Shown here piece by piece: positions 1 through 9,931 of a stretch of 64,000 nt of DNA (position 1 is its first letter; each line of letters begins with the position of its first letter). Position numbers and translations under genes: made by a program. The stretch is from a virus, in IMG/VR virus record IMGVR_UViG_3300037010_001286, positions 1-64,000 of that record; one strand, given 5' to 3'. The notes beneath the pieces were generated by a model. It made no database searches and was not told the DNA's origin. It saw only the letters and a program-made list of their open reading frames with translations.

Positions 1-127
1 TCCTTGACACGTTTACCTTGTTTCACTATACTGTCATTCAGTTAAGCGGAGGGAGTGAAAAGTTATATCATATAACTTTTTATCCTTGACACGTTTACCT
101 TGTTTCACTATACTGTCATTCAGTTAA
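1..127 (+). promoter_or_regulatory. Two tandem identical sigma70 early promoters (45-bp direct repeat, 82-bp period)
   Basis: TCCTTGACACGTTTACCTTGTTTCACTATACTGTCATTCAGTTAA at 1-45 and 83-127; each has TTGACA-17bp-TATACT (4-32, 86-114). Confidence 0.9.
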
Positions 128-203
128 AGCAATGGTGACTTTAAAAAGTCCAAACGAAAGGTTAGATAATCTAACTTTTTATAAAAATATAAAGGTGTCT
201 AAA

Positions 204-818
204 ATGAAAACAAAAACAGCTCAAACAACACAAGTAACGATGGTATTCTCTTTTTCCTCTCTTATTAAAGAGGGATACGAAATTGCTAAAGGTGTAAATA
301 ACGCCGATAACAAGCTCGCCCAGTGGGTCTTTAATGTAGTGAGTACACCTCTTACAGAGGATGAAAGAAAATTACTATCAAATGATATTAAAGGCTGGTA
401 TTCGCCTGCTTTTTCAAAGCAGGTGAACGGAGCAATAAGCGGAGCTTATAAGCTCAATGTAATTAATAATGCCGATAAACTACAAGTTCTTTCATTGAAA
501 ACGTCTTTCAATGATTTATACAAACAATTAAGAGAATGGAAAAATGAGCTTAAAACACCTTCAAATGGGGTGAAGCAAACCATCAAAACTAAGGGTGCTA
601 ACGGCTCCGCCACTGTCCCACTACCCGACTCGGAGGACGGTAGTATCCTTGCACAATGCGCCCACGCCGCCGACCACGGCTTTGATGATGTTCAAACCAC
701 GTTAAAACTATTTAACAAGCTACTAAGTGATTTGAAAGGTGAATTAACACCGGAACAAAACGCCCATATCATCCAAACGCTGGATGAATTAAGTGATTAC
801 GTGTTAAGAGGGGAGTAA
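204..818 (+). CDS. Hypothetical first early protein
   Basis: ORF 132-818; ATG at 204 follows AAAGGTG RBS; directly downstream of the tandem promoters. Confidence 0.8.
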   Translation: MKTKTAQTTQVTMVFSFSSLIKEGYEIAKGVNNADNKLAQWVFNVVSTPLTEDERKLLSNDIKGWYSPAFSKQVNGAISGAYKLNVINNADKLQVLSLKTSFNDLYKQLREWKNELKTPSNGVKQTIKTKGANGSATVPLPDSEDGSILAQCAHAADHGFDDVQTTLKLFNKLLSDLKGELTPEQNAHIIQTLDELSDYVLRGE

Positions 819-826
819 GTCCCCTC
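808..826 (+). terminator. Hairpin/putative terminator
   Basis: GAGGGGA-gtaag-TCCCCTC followed by A/T runs. Confidence 0.6.
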
Positions 827-1773
827 AAAAATTTTTTAAAAAATTTTTTTTTTATAAAAGCCGTTAAATACCCTTCCGTATTTGTGGAGGTGTATATATA
901 CCTGTAAAGTATTTTCATATACTTTCGGGATTTTTGTAGATTTCTGAAAAGTCGGGGAAGTACCTTAAGGGAATCTCTAAAAAGTTATCAAACTTCATCA
1001 AAAGTTAGATTGTCTAACTTTTTATAAAATATAAAGGTGTAAAAGATGGATGCAAAAACTTTAGAGTTATTAATAGTAGCATACGCAACCCTTCAAGGAC
1101 TGCTATTATTAACGAGTGGATTTAGACGATGAACCGTAATTTAATCTTTGAATATACCACTCAAGCGTGGTATGAGTACGATAGCGGTGTATTTTACCTT
1201 ATTACAGACGTGCCTAATTTTTTCTCGTATTTGATACGAGAAGGTTTAACGTGGGATGTAAGATATTCTCATTCAGTAAGGGAACTTGCAGGTTACCTTT
1301 AAGTTTCTGTTAAGATTTTGCAGGAATTTGACGGAATTTTGCTGAAACTTAAAGGAAACTTTGAGGAAACTTAGCTCAACCTTAAAGCAACCTAAAAGTT
1401 ACACACGGATTTTTGGATGTTTTATACGGAAAACCGTATAAAAATTTTTTCGTAAATCGTTCACAAATCGTGAATAATCGAAAATACCTTCAAACAACGT
1501 TGAAGTTACTGTTAAAATCCTCTAAAATCATTAAAGGGATTAATAAGGCTTTAAATAGCCCCTAAAATCTGAGTATGTAAGCATAGGAATTAAATTTAAA
1601 AATTCCTGTAAGGTTATGAATAGGTACTCAAAAGTTACTTAAAAATAACTCAAGAGTAGCATTCACAAATTTTGAAAAATTTGTCGGATTTTTGAAAAGT
1701 TATATCATCTAACTTCTGACGAAGTAAGATAACTTGTCGGACAACTTTTACCTAAAACAAAAAAGGAAATAAA

Positions 1774-1986
1774 ATGTATTTGGAAATTACTGAAATGAAA
1801 GTACACAGCCCTATCGGGGACTTTATAAGTTGGTCAGTTACCACTACAACACACAAAAGTAATCCGGAATTGCAATATGTCAGTGGGCAAACCCCACAAG
1901 AATTTTTACAATCAAAAGGGGCAGACTTCTATATCTATGATATACAAAATGATGTACATTATGGTAGTAGAGAAATTCTAAACTAA
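1774..1986 (+). CDS. Hypothetical early protein
   Basis: ORF with AAGGA RBS. Confidence 0.7.
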   Translation: MYLEITEMKVHSPIGDFISWSVTTTTHKSNPELQYVSGQTPQEFLQSKGADFYIYDIQNDVHYGSREILN

Positions 1987-2070
1987 GAATTTCTAAAATA
2001 ACCCAAAAATTTCAGTCTAAATATTTCAGACCCTCTAAAATTTCAAGAGGGTACTAAAAAGGATATAAAA

Positions 2071-2295
2071 ATGCCGGAAAGTTATGTATACTTCACAAAA
2101 AGGCTTCAAAAGTTAGGGTATCACTTTACAGCCAAAAGTGATAATGGTGGTGTTAAAGTACGTATAAATATCAAAGATACTTATAAGTTATCACCACAAC
2201 TACAAGGGCTAAATGAGGAGATGTGGGAACTTTTCAAATGTTCTATGTCTTATGAGGATGTGGGTATATTCAGTATCTATTGTCCAAATTTCTAA
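2071..2295 (+). CDS. Hypothetical early protein
   Basis: ORF with AAGGA RBS. Confidence 0.7.
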   Translation: MPESYVYFTKRLQKLGYHFTAKSDNGGVKVRINIKDTYKLSPQLQGLNEEMWELFKCSMSYEDVGIFSIYCPNF

Positions 2296-2339
2296 AAAGT
2301 TAGATGGTCTAACTTTTCAAAAAAAAAAAAGGAATAAAA

Positions 2340-2567
2340 ATGACAAAGTATAAAGATATGGAAAATCTGTTAAAAAACAGAAAGCCCTTTACAGGAAACA
2401 GTGTAACCGCTACGAAAACTGAGGCGGAGTATAAAGTATTTAGTTACAATACTCTAATCTACGCAGAAGGTTTTGGAAAAGTCTATTTTGATGATAGTTA
2501 TTACTCAAAAACTACATCAAAACTTCAAAATATTATTCGCAGAGTTTTTAAGGAGGAACTAAAATGA
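2340..2567 (+). CDS. Hypothetical early protein
   Basis: ORF with AAGGA RBS after palindrome copy. Confidence 0.75.
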   Translation: MTKYKDMENLLKNRKPFTGNSVTATKTEAEYKVFSYNTLIYAEGFGKVYFDDSYYSKTTSKLQNIIRRVFKEELK

Positions 2568-2691
2568 ACTCACAAGAATTTAAAATGGCTAAAGAATACT
2601 TAAAAGTATATCCAAATATTACAGTCGCTGAAATGGCTAAAATCCAAAAGTTATATCGTCTAACTTTTAAAAATTCAAAAGGGGGTTTAAA

Positions 2692-2967
2692 ATGACGTGG
2701 ACAGACCCAGTATGGACAAATACAAATCGTTTCAGTCAAACAGGGTATAGTGCTCCTACTATTTTCCCTGAACTTAAAAATTACAATGGGGATATTGAGG
2801 CTTTTGAAGAGGATTTGAAAAAAGCTCAAGAACGTGAAGAGAGCCATTTAGATTGGCTTCAAGAAGAACGTCGAGAAGCTCGTCTTGATACCCTTCGGGA
2901 ACGTGATGAATACTCGTGTCAAGGGGACTATGAGTATGGTTGTTGTGGTTGGGGAGAGGAGGACTAA
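2692..2967 (+). CDS. Hypothetical acidic protein
   Basis: ORF with AGGGGG RBS. Confidence 0.7.
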   Translation: MTWTDPVWTNTNRFSQTGYSAPTIFPELKNYNGDIEAFEEDLKKAQEREESHLDWLQEERREARLDTLRERDEYSCQGDYEYGCCGWGEED

Positions 2968-2969
2968 AA

Positions 2970-3347
2970 ATGAAAACTTCACAATTTTTACGAGAGAAAA
3001 ATCGTATCTTACGGGAAACGATAGGACTGGATTTTGATTTGGTTCCGGAGGAACAAATTGTAGATTTGCCGGAACATTTAATGAAACCACTAAGTAATGC
3101 TTCATCAAGCCAAAGTTGCCCGTATTGTGTGGGATATTTTAATTATTCAGACGAATACAATACTTGTGGGATGTGTCCTATGAATTTAGCAGGAAATAAG
3201 TGTTCCTATAACGGTTTCCATGATAATACGTGGAAAAGATATATGCAACACTGTTTATTTAACAATACTTATATGCACACTGACCAAGAGTCTCCTGCTT
3301 TCCGACGTATGAAAGCATTAATTAAAACATATAATGAGGAGCTTTAA
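2970..3347 (+). CDS. Hypothetical Cys-rich protein
   Basis: CPYC...CGMCP...C; ATG at 2970 after GAGGA. Confidence 0.7.
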   Translation: MKTSQFLREKNRILRETIGLDFDLVPEEQIVDLPEHLMKPLSNASSSQSCPYCVGYFNYSDEYNTCGMCPMNLAGNKCSYNGFHDNTWKRYMQHCLFNNTYMHTDQESPAFRRMKALIKTYNEEL

Positions 3348-3581
3348 TGGTGCCCGATTTAGACAAAATGTTTATAGTATTTGGGTTGATTTCAGCAGTT
3401 GTGGGTTGGGCATTAATACAGTCATTGATATGGCTATTTAGTCACCTACATTTTTATTAGGAATTGATTATGTTAAATATGGTAGATAGGGTAGTTATAA
3501 TACTCTTAATAATAGTCCTTATAGTTGGATATTGTTTATCCTTTTATTTCTAAAAAGTTAAAAGTATTAAAGGGATTATAA

Positions 3582-3938
3582 ATGAAAATTGACATTAACA
3601 AAAAATACACTTCTAACGGGAAGCCTATTAGAATTTTATGCACTGATAGAAATCATATAGATTATCCAGTTCTTGGTATTGGGGAGGATGGTACTGTATA
3701 TTTTTTTACAAAAGATGGGAAAAGTACCTATCAAGAAGCCTATGATCTTGTAGAAGTTTGGGAGCCACAAAAAGGAGATTGGTGTCTTTTTTGGGACACT
3801 AACGACCATGATGGTGCCGTTTTAAGTAGAATTGACAAAGTGCTTTCCGATGGAAGATTTAAATCTTTGTCAGGAACTAATTGGAAGAATTGCCAAAAAT
3901 TTGATGGTACTCTACCCGAACACTTAAAAGGATTATAA
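3582..3938 (+). CDS. Hypothetical phage protein
   Basis: ORF with AAGGGA RBS. Confidence 0.75.
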   Translation: MKIDINKKYTSNGKPIRILCTDRNHIDYPVLGIGEDGTVYFFTKDGKSTYQEAYDLVEVWEPQKGDWCLFWDTNDHDGAVLSRIDKVLSDGRFKSLSGTNWKNCQKFDGTLPEHLKGL

Positions 3939-4193
3939 ATGTCGTCAATTAAGGTAATTGTAGACACAATCGAAAAAGTCTATAAGCAACATACACGCAG
4001 TGATAGAATATCAATATCCGTAGGGGATTTGGTAGATTTACGAACGTATATACAGGAATTGGAAAAAACTAATGAGTCCCTTAAACAACAACTCAAATAT
4101 TCCGAGACCCGTAGAAAAGATAGTATAGCTTTGTATGAGTCTATGCGGGTAATTTCAAGTTTTGATAGTTTCAAGCTTGATATATCATCATAA
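3939..4193 (+). CDS. Hypothetical coiled-coil protein
   Basis: Abuts previous ORF, AAGGA RBS. Confidence 0.65.
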   Translation: MSSIKVIVDTIEKVYKQHTRSDRISISVGDLVDLRTYIQELEKTNESLKQQLKYSETRRKDSIALYESMRVISSFDSFKLDISS

Positions 4194-4230
4194 AAGTTAG
4201 ATAATCTAACTAATTATAAGGGAGTTTAAC

Positions 4231-4971
4231 ATGAAAACTATATCAAAAAAAGAACTAAAAGATGTTTTAGAGCTTCATAAAAAATGGTTTAATAATGAGC
4301 AGGATGGTATTCAAGCTAACCTTGCTTGGTTTGATTTATCAGAGGTAAATTTATCTAAGTGTAATCTTGTGGGGGTTAATTTTAAAGGAGCAAAGTTACG
4401 AAACTCAAACTTTTTAGAGGCTAATGTAGCAGAAGCGGATTTTTCAGGAGCAGACTTAGCAGGTACAAATTTTTCAGGAGCTAATTCATATCGGACAAAT
4501 TTTTCCGGAGCTAATTTATATAAAGCAGTATTTGATACATCTTATCTTCGAGACACAAATTTTGAGGGTGCAAATATGCGAGAAGTAGATGGATACAAAG
4601 CTGATTTTGAGTATGCAAACCTTAGAGATGTAGACTTATATAGGTCGTTTTTAAATAAAGCAAATTTTTCGGGAGCTATTTTAGATGGTGCAAATTTAGA
4701 AAGAACTAATTTACATGGAGTTTTGGGAAACCTAAAACATATCAAATCCATTCAATGTGAAGAGTATTTGATAACGTATACTGCTGATGTTATACAAATC
4801 GGATTACATAAATACTTTATTGAAGAGTGGAAAAGATTTAATGATAGAGAAATTGTAGACATTTTAGGAAAATGTCAAATAGACTGGTGGAAACGATGGA
4901 AGTCACTTTTATTTAAAATAATCGAGGTATCTCCTGCCGAACCTACTGGGTTTAATAATCAAAAAATATAA
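4231..4971 (+). CDS. Pentapeptide-repeat protein
   Basis: Many A(D/N)(F/L)xx repeats (ADFSGADLAGTNFSGA...). Confidence 0.92.
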   Translation: MKTISKKELKDVLELHKKWFNNEQDGIQANLAWFDLSEVNLSKCNLVGVNFKGAKLRNSNFLEANVAEADFSGADLAGTNFSGANSYRTNFSGANLYKAVFDTSYLRDTNFEGANMREVDGYKADFEYANLRDVDLYRSFLNKANFSGAILDGANLERTNLHGVLGNLKHIKSIQCEEYLITYTADVIQIGLHKYFIEEWKRFNDREIVDILGKCQIDWWKRWKSLLFKIIEVSPAEPTGFNNQKI

Positions 4972-4983
4972 AGGAGTTTAAAA

Positions 4984-5568
4984 GTGAAAAAAGATAAGTA
5001 TCTAAAAAAAGGAAACTTAAAACTTTCAAAAGGTGTGGGGGTATGGACTTTACCTGCTACAATGGAGGTGTGTGGTCGTCAATGTCCACACTGTTATGCT
5101 ATAAAATCTCAAAAACTTTATCCTAATACTTTAAAATCTCGGGAAAGAAAATTAGAGGACTCTAAAAGTCCCGATTGGGTAGATGATATGATACTCGAAA
5201 TCTTGACTTCAAAGTTTAAATTTGTGAGAGTCCATGAGAGTGGTGAGTTTTATTCACAGGAATACGTAAATAAATGGTACGAAATTGCAAAACATTGCCC
5301 AAATGTAACATTTTACGCATATACCAAACGACTTGGGGAATTTGACTTTAAAAATTTGAAGTCCCTTCAAAATTTTGTTTTACATAATTCGTTATATGAA
5401 AATGTAATTAATTATGGCAAAAATATAACCCCTACTGCCACTGCTTTAGGGGGATTTGTTTGTCCACTAACTTTGCAAAAAGACTGGCACGGAAAATGTG
5501 GTGATGAGTGTACTTGGTGTATGCAAAAATGTAATGAGGGTACGCCTATTTTCTTTGAACAACATTAA
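4984..5568 (+). CDS. GP88-like (radical-SAM-like fold) protein
   Basis: CxxxCxxC (CGRQCPHC) and RVHESGEFYSQEYVNKW...FYAYTK signature. Confidence 0.8.
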   Translation: MKKDKYLKKGNLKLSKGVGVWTLPATMEVCGRQCPHCYAIKSQKLYPNTLKSRERKLEDSKSPDWVDDMILEILTSKFKFVRVHESGEFYSQEYVNKWYEIAKHCPNVTFYAYTKRLGEFDFKNLKSLQNFVLHNSLYENVINYGKNITPTATALGGFVCPLTLQKDWHGKCGDECTWCMQKCNEGTPIFFEQH

Positions 5569-5577
5569 AGGAGTTTT

Positions 5578-5760
5578 ATGATAGTTCATTATTTTGTAGA
5601 GCTTCAAATTGATAGCTCCCAAATAATTTCAGTAGATTTTGAAGCTGAAGAAGGACTTAAAAATAAAGAAATTGAAAGGACAGCTGTGAGAAAGCTTAAA
5701 AAATTAATCGAACACGCAAGTTTATCAGAAGTTACAGTACAGGAAAAGGGGGAATTATGA
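5578..5760 (+). CDS. Hypothetical protein
   Basis: ORF with AGGAG RBS. Confidence 0.65.
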   Translation: MIVHYFVELQIDSSQIISVDFEAEEGLKNKEIERTAVRKLKKLIEHASLSEVTVQEKGEL

Positions 5761-5978
5761 CTTTATTATTAGTAGGAGAGGATAAACAGTCCTTCATAAC
5801 TCCGGAATTAGTTAAGGTATATTCAAATAAAGATTATAAAGTTTTGAAAAGTACCTTTGTTGGTCACGAATACTTAATTGTTAATCGACGAACAAAAAAA
5901 GTAGCACTTGTACCATCCTATAAAGAGGTAAATTTAACAAAATTGAAGTTTGAGTATAAAATCTTGCTAAAATATTAG
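5757..5978 (+). CDS. Hypothetical protein
   Basis: ATGA overlap with previous ORF. Confidence 0.65.
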   Translation: MTLLLVGEDKQSFITPELVKVYSNKDYKVLKSTFVGHEYLIVNRRTKKVALVPSYKEVNLTKLKFEYKILLKY

Positions 5979-5983
5979 TAAAC

Positions 5984-6013
5984 TTGACTTTTTATATAAG
6001 TCTATGTTATAAT
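5984..6013 (+). promoter_or_regulatory. sigma70 promoter
   Basis: TTGACT-18bp-TATAAT with extended -10 TG. Confidence 0.75.
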
Positions 6014-6088
6014 ACGTTTACAGTTTGAGTTATACTCTAAATTAAAAAAAGTTATATAATCTAACTTTTACTTGAGAAAGGAAATATC

Positions 6089-6343
6089 ATGGAAGCATTA
6101 GAAGCAAGACGTACTATTGAGAGTACAAACGGAAAGTTTTTTACAGTTGTCTTTAAAAAAGCTGATGGTACAAAAAGAAAACTAAATGGTCGTATGGGCG
6201 TTAGTAAATATCTACATGGGGGTGAGTCAAAACTAAACAAAGAAAAGTTTGTAATTGTATATGATGTTGTAGCAAAGGGCTATCGAGCAGTAAACGTGGA
6301 TACCGTAGAGGAAATTCACTATCAAAAACAAATTATTAAATAG
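6089..6343 (+). CDS. SH3-like beta-barrel phage protein (DUF2693/WYL-like)
   Basis: FFTVVFKKADGTKRKLNGR...VYDV...GYRAV pattern. Confidence 0.7.
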   Translation: MEALEARRTIESTNGKFFTVVFKKADGTKRKLNGRMGVSKYLHGGESKLNKEKFVIVYDVVAKGYRAVNVDTVEEIHYQKQIIK

Positions 6344-6351
6344 GGGTTAAT

Positions 6352-6696
6352 ATGATATTCAATCATGAAGCAAAAACAATTTCAGAAGCATGTGGTTTTG
6401 ATACCATAAAAAAACCTTATGGGTTGGTTATGGGACTTTTATCAAGAGTTGGGAAAGAGCAAGAAATTCCTACTAATTTAACACAAGAAGAGAAAGTTGC
6501 ATTGATATATGTGTTTCTACAAAAAGCAACTGTTATTGACTTATTAGCTATTATGTATAATACTCCTAAAGTTTCAGGAGCTATTGAAGCCCTTTCAGTC
6601 GAGTTAACTCCTCATCAAATTGAATTAATAATGGGAGATGTAATGTTAGAAATTATGAAATTTATAAAAACAACTGAAGAAACCGAGGAAAGTTAA
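6352..6696 (+). CDS. Hypothetical protein
   Basis: ORF with AGGGG RBS. Confidence 0.65.
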   Translation: MIFNHEAKTISEACGFDTIKKPYGLVMGLLSRVGKEQEIPTNLTQEEKVALIYVFLQKATVIDLLAIMYNTPKVSGAIEALSVELTPHQIELIMGDVMLEIMKFIKTTEETEES

Positions 6697-6717
6697 TACC
6701 CCTATTTTAGGGGTATT
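6695..6717 (+). terminator. Hairpin/putative terminator
   Basis: AATACCCCTA-ttt-TAGGGGTATT. Confidence 0.6.
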
Positions 6718-6819
6718 TTATGAGGTGTCCCAAGACCTATTATAGTATTATCCTTTAGGGGTTTTACTAACTATAAAAAGTTAGACTATCTAACTAATTA
6801 AATTATAAAGGTGTTTAAA

Positions 6820-8895
6820 ATGATTATCGAAAATAGTATTGTTGGTGCTGATACAAATAGCACACAAAAAGTTGCTTGTAAAATTGAAGCTAACAGTGTA
6901 ATGTTTGACTTGTTGAGTTCTCGTCTATATTCTGATAAACCTTTGGCAGTTATTCGAGAGTTATCTACTAATGCTTTGGATGCTCATATAGAGAATAATA
7001 CTCAAGATAAGCCATTTATTGTTCATCTTCCAACTCAACTTGAGCCGTTCTTTTCTATTCGAGATTTTGGAAAAGGTATGAGTAATGATACAGTAATGGA
7101 TTTATTCTCAACTATGGGAAGTTCATCAAAACGTGAGTCAAATCGATTTAATGGTGCTTTAGGTATTGGTTCAAAAAGTCCATTTGCTTATACACAAGGA
7201 GGTGCATTTACACTTACCTCAATCCACGAAGGTACTAAAACTATCTACTCTGTATATAGTGATAAAGGTGTACCAAGTATTGCAGTTCTTGGAAGTTTCT
7301 CTACGGATGAGCAAAGTGGTGTAGAAGTTACTGTACCTGTTCAAGTTGAAGATGTTGCTATATTTAGAAAAAAAGCGGAAGAAGTTTACCGTCACTTTAA
7401 AGTTAAACCTCATACAAATATTAGACTTGAAAATTTAGAGTATGGTGAGGTACTTTTCAAAGGAGATGGTTGGGCAATTTTCGATAATTCAAATCAGCCT
7501 ACTGTAGTAATGGCAAGTGTTGGATACCCCATTGATACAAACAACTTAAAGCACTTAGAAACACTCAAAGCTAACGGGTTAGTTATCTTTGCTAAAACTG
7601 GTGAAGTTCAAATGGCAGGTTCACGAGAGAGTTTGTCGTATACTAAAGAAACTATTGAAGCTTTGACAAATTTCAATAATAAAATTACCAAAGAAATTTT
7701 GGATGATATTGAAGTTAAAAAAGTGAAATATGAGAATAATCTCCTTGAGTTTGCAAAATCTATAGTACAACTACCTGGAAATATTCGTGCTGTTTTAGCA
7801 GGAATGAAACTTGCCCCGTACTTAGATATTGGTAAGTTTCATTGTAGAATTGATGGGGAGTGTGACTTTGAGTTTGTATATACAAATAACTGGGGTAAAA
7901 GATATGGTCGTTCATCTTATATAACTCCAAGTACAAATAAAGGTACAGAAGAATTTATTTTGGATGATAATGGAAGTAAAACAAATACTCTTTTATCAAA
8001 ATTTAATAATACCCGTGACACTTTAATGACTATTCGTCCTCTATTTCCAAGAGGTAAAACAAAAGAGGAAAAAGAAGAAACTGCCAAAAAATTAGAGGCT
8101 TTTGCCAAGATTTTAGGAGTTAAATATAAATTTGCTTCGGTTAAATATGATGAGATATTTGGTGCTTCTGTTAAAACTACAAAAGGAGTTTCGACAGTTG
8201 TTAGAGGTATTTACAAAGCAACTGGGCTTATCTATGAACCTAATAAACTACACCTTTATGTATCTCGTAAAACTTATGAGTTATCTGAGGAGTCAAAACA
8301 TAATACAGTATATATCCCTTTCGATAACAAAAATATGGTAGATAAAAATTGGGAAACTAATTCACAGATTTTTGATTATAGTGAGGATGGTGCATTATAT
8401 GCGGTAAAAGATATACTTACAACACTCCAGTATTCTAAAACAGTGCGTATAGTTACTATTCCTATATCTAAGAAAGCTTTTGCTAATAGAGCAATTTGTG
8501 TTTATGACTTTTTGGAGGAAATTTTAGCAGGTAAACCACTTAAAGGTGTAAGTAGAGAGGCTTATAATAAAACACGTTCTAATGTTAGATTTTCATTGCT
8601 TCGGGATAAATATAATCAACTTCCAAAAGACTTTGTAGAATTAGCAGAAGTTACTGAAGAGCTTGAAAAGAATTTTAATTTTAATTTTCAAGGTACAAAT
8701 ATCAAAATTAAGAATTTTGGAATAACTCCAAAGACTTCTGAATTAACATTGTCTGAAAAAAATATTAAAGCTTTGAATAAATATTCAGCAATATTTAGAA
8801 CTGTAACTCTAAATAATACAGATAATGTTGATAATGTAATTAGTCTTATAAACGCAGTGGATAGATGTAGTAAAACTCGTAATAAAGTAGTATAA
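6820..8895 (+). CDS. rIIA: rIIA-like protein (N-terminal GHKL ATPase)
   Basis: LYSDKPLAVIRELSTNALDAH, RDFGKGM, GALGIGSKSPFAY; adjacent to rIIB. Confidence 0.88.
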   Translation: MIIENSIVGADTNSTQKVACKIEANSVMFDLLSSRLYSDKPLAVIRELSTNALDAHIENNTQDKPFIVHLPTQLEPFFSIRDFGKGMSNDTVMDLFSTMGSSSKRESNRFNGALGIGSKSPFAYTQGGAFTLTSIHEGTKTIYSVYSDKGVPSIAVLGSFSTDEQSGVEVTVPVQVEDVAIFRKKAEEVYRHFKVKPHTNIRLENLEYGEVLFKGDGWAIFDNSNQPTVVMASVGYPIDTNNLKHLETLKANGLVIFAKTGEVQMAGSRESLSYTKETIEALTNFNNKITKEILDDIEVKKVKYENNLLEFAKSIVQLPGNIRAVLAGMKLAPYLDIGKFHCRIDGECDFEFVYTNNWGKRYGRSSYITPSTNKGTEEFILDDNGSKTNTLLSKFNNTRDTLMTIRPLFPRGKTKEEKEETAKKLEAFAKILGVKYKFASVKYDEIFGASVKTTKGVSTVVRGIYKATGLIYEPNKLHLYVSRKTYELSEESKHNTVYIPFDNKNMVDKNWETNSQIFDYSEDGALYAVKDILTTLQYSKTVRIVTIPISKKAFANRAICVYDFLEEILAGKPLKGVSREAYNKTRSNVRFSLLRDKYNQLPKDFVELAEVTEELEKNFNFNFQGTNIKIKNFGITPKTSELTLSEKNIKALNKYSAIFRTVTLNNTDNVDNVISLINAVDRCSKTRNKVV

Positions 8896-8962
8896 TACAT
8901 CCTAAGGTTGGGTACTTGATACCTTAAAAATTTTTAATTAAAATACAAAACAGGAGTTTAAA

Positions 8963-9904
8963 ATGTTACCATATACAATCACAGAAAGTTCAATTACCGT
9001 TCTACTTGGTGGAGTTCCACGAGTGGTAGATAAGTCACACCCAAATTTTAAAGCAGTAATTGAGGCTATTAAATTGGGTGATGAAGTTGTAGTTAGTAAA
9101 CTAATTGATGTTGCAAAAGCAGTTGTTACTTATAGTAACGGAAAAATTCAAATTGTTGATGGTGTTGTGTACCATAATGGTGTTGAGCTTGAAAACTATG
9201 CTGTCTCTAAATTGCTTCAGTTTATGAAGGATGGTTTTGATGTAACCCCAATTATTAACTTCCTTAACAATCTTATGGAAAATCCAAGTTATCGTGCAGT
9301 ACAAGAGCTTTACAAATTCTTGGAAGTTGGTGGTGTCCCACTCACTGAAGATGGTTGTTTTGTAGTTTATAAGAAAGTAAGAGCTGACTTTAAAGATATT
9401 TATTCAGGTACTTATAATAACTCTGTGGGTGCAACTCCTACTATGCCACGTAACGAAGTTGATGACAACTCAGAACGTACTTGTAGTGCAGGGCTTCATG
9501 TTTGTAGCTTTAATTATTTAGCTCACTTTGGGTCAAGTAAAGATAATCGTGTAGTTGCTTGTAAGGTTAATCCGATAGACGTAGTTTCCATTCCGAAAGA
9601 TTATGGAAATACTAAAATGCGAGTATGTCGTTATGAAGTAATTGCTGATGTTACTGAAAAAGCCTTAGGTGGGGACTTCCTTAGAGGTACTGTAAAATAT
9701 ATGGAAGAAGAAAAGACAGTACCAAATGTTTCTAACAATAAAAAAAGTGTTGCTAAAGTAGGAACAGTGACTAACGCTATTCTTGAAATCTTCCCTTCCG
9801 CAAAAGATGCTGAAGATAAAACAGGGGTATTTGCTACAAATATCACTAAGTGCTGTAAAGGTCTCCGAGAAACAGCAGGTGGATTTAAGTGGCAATATGT
9901 CTAA
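8963..9904 (+). CDS. rIIB: rIIB-like protein with C-terminal NUMOD1-type HTH
   Basis: FLNNLMENPS, PLTEDGCF..YK, CSAGLHVC, DVVSIPKDY..KMRVCRY; C-terminal FPSAKDA...CCKG..TAGGFKW. Confidence 0.9.
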   Translation: MLPYTITESSITVLLGGVPRVVDKSHPNFKAVIEAIKLGDEVVVSKLIDVAKAVVTYSNGKIQIVDGVVYHNGVELENYAVSKLLQFMKDGFDVTPIINFLNNLMENPSYRAVQELYKFLEVGGVPLTEDGCFVVYKKVRADFKDIYSGTYNNSVGATPTMPRNEVDDNSERTCSAGLHVCSFNYLAHFGSSKDNRVVACKVNPIDVVSIPKDYGNTKMRVCRYEVIADVTEKALGGDFLRGTVKYMEEEKTVPNVSNNKKSVAKVGTVTNAILEIFPSAKDAEDKTGVFATNITKCCKGLRETAGGFKWQYV

Positions 9905-9906
9905 TG

Positions 9907-9931
9907 AATTGAGGGTATATTTCCCTCAATT
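9907..9931 (+). terminator. Hairpin after rIIB
   Basis: AATTGAGGG...CCCTCAATT. Confidence 0.6.

Noticed and set aside
827-2330. Homopolymer A/T tracts as phase-variation sites
   Set aside because: Intergenic in an AT-rich genome, not in coding frames or promoter spacers
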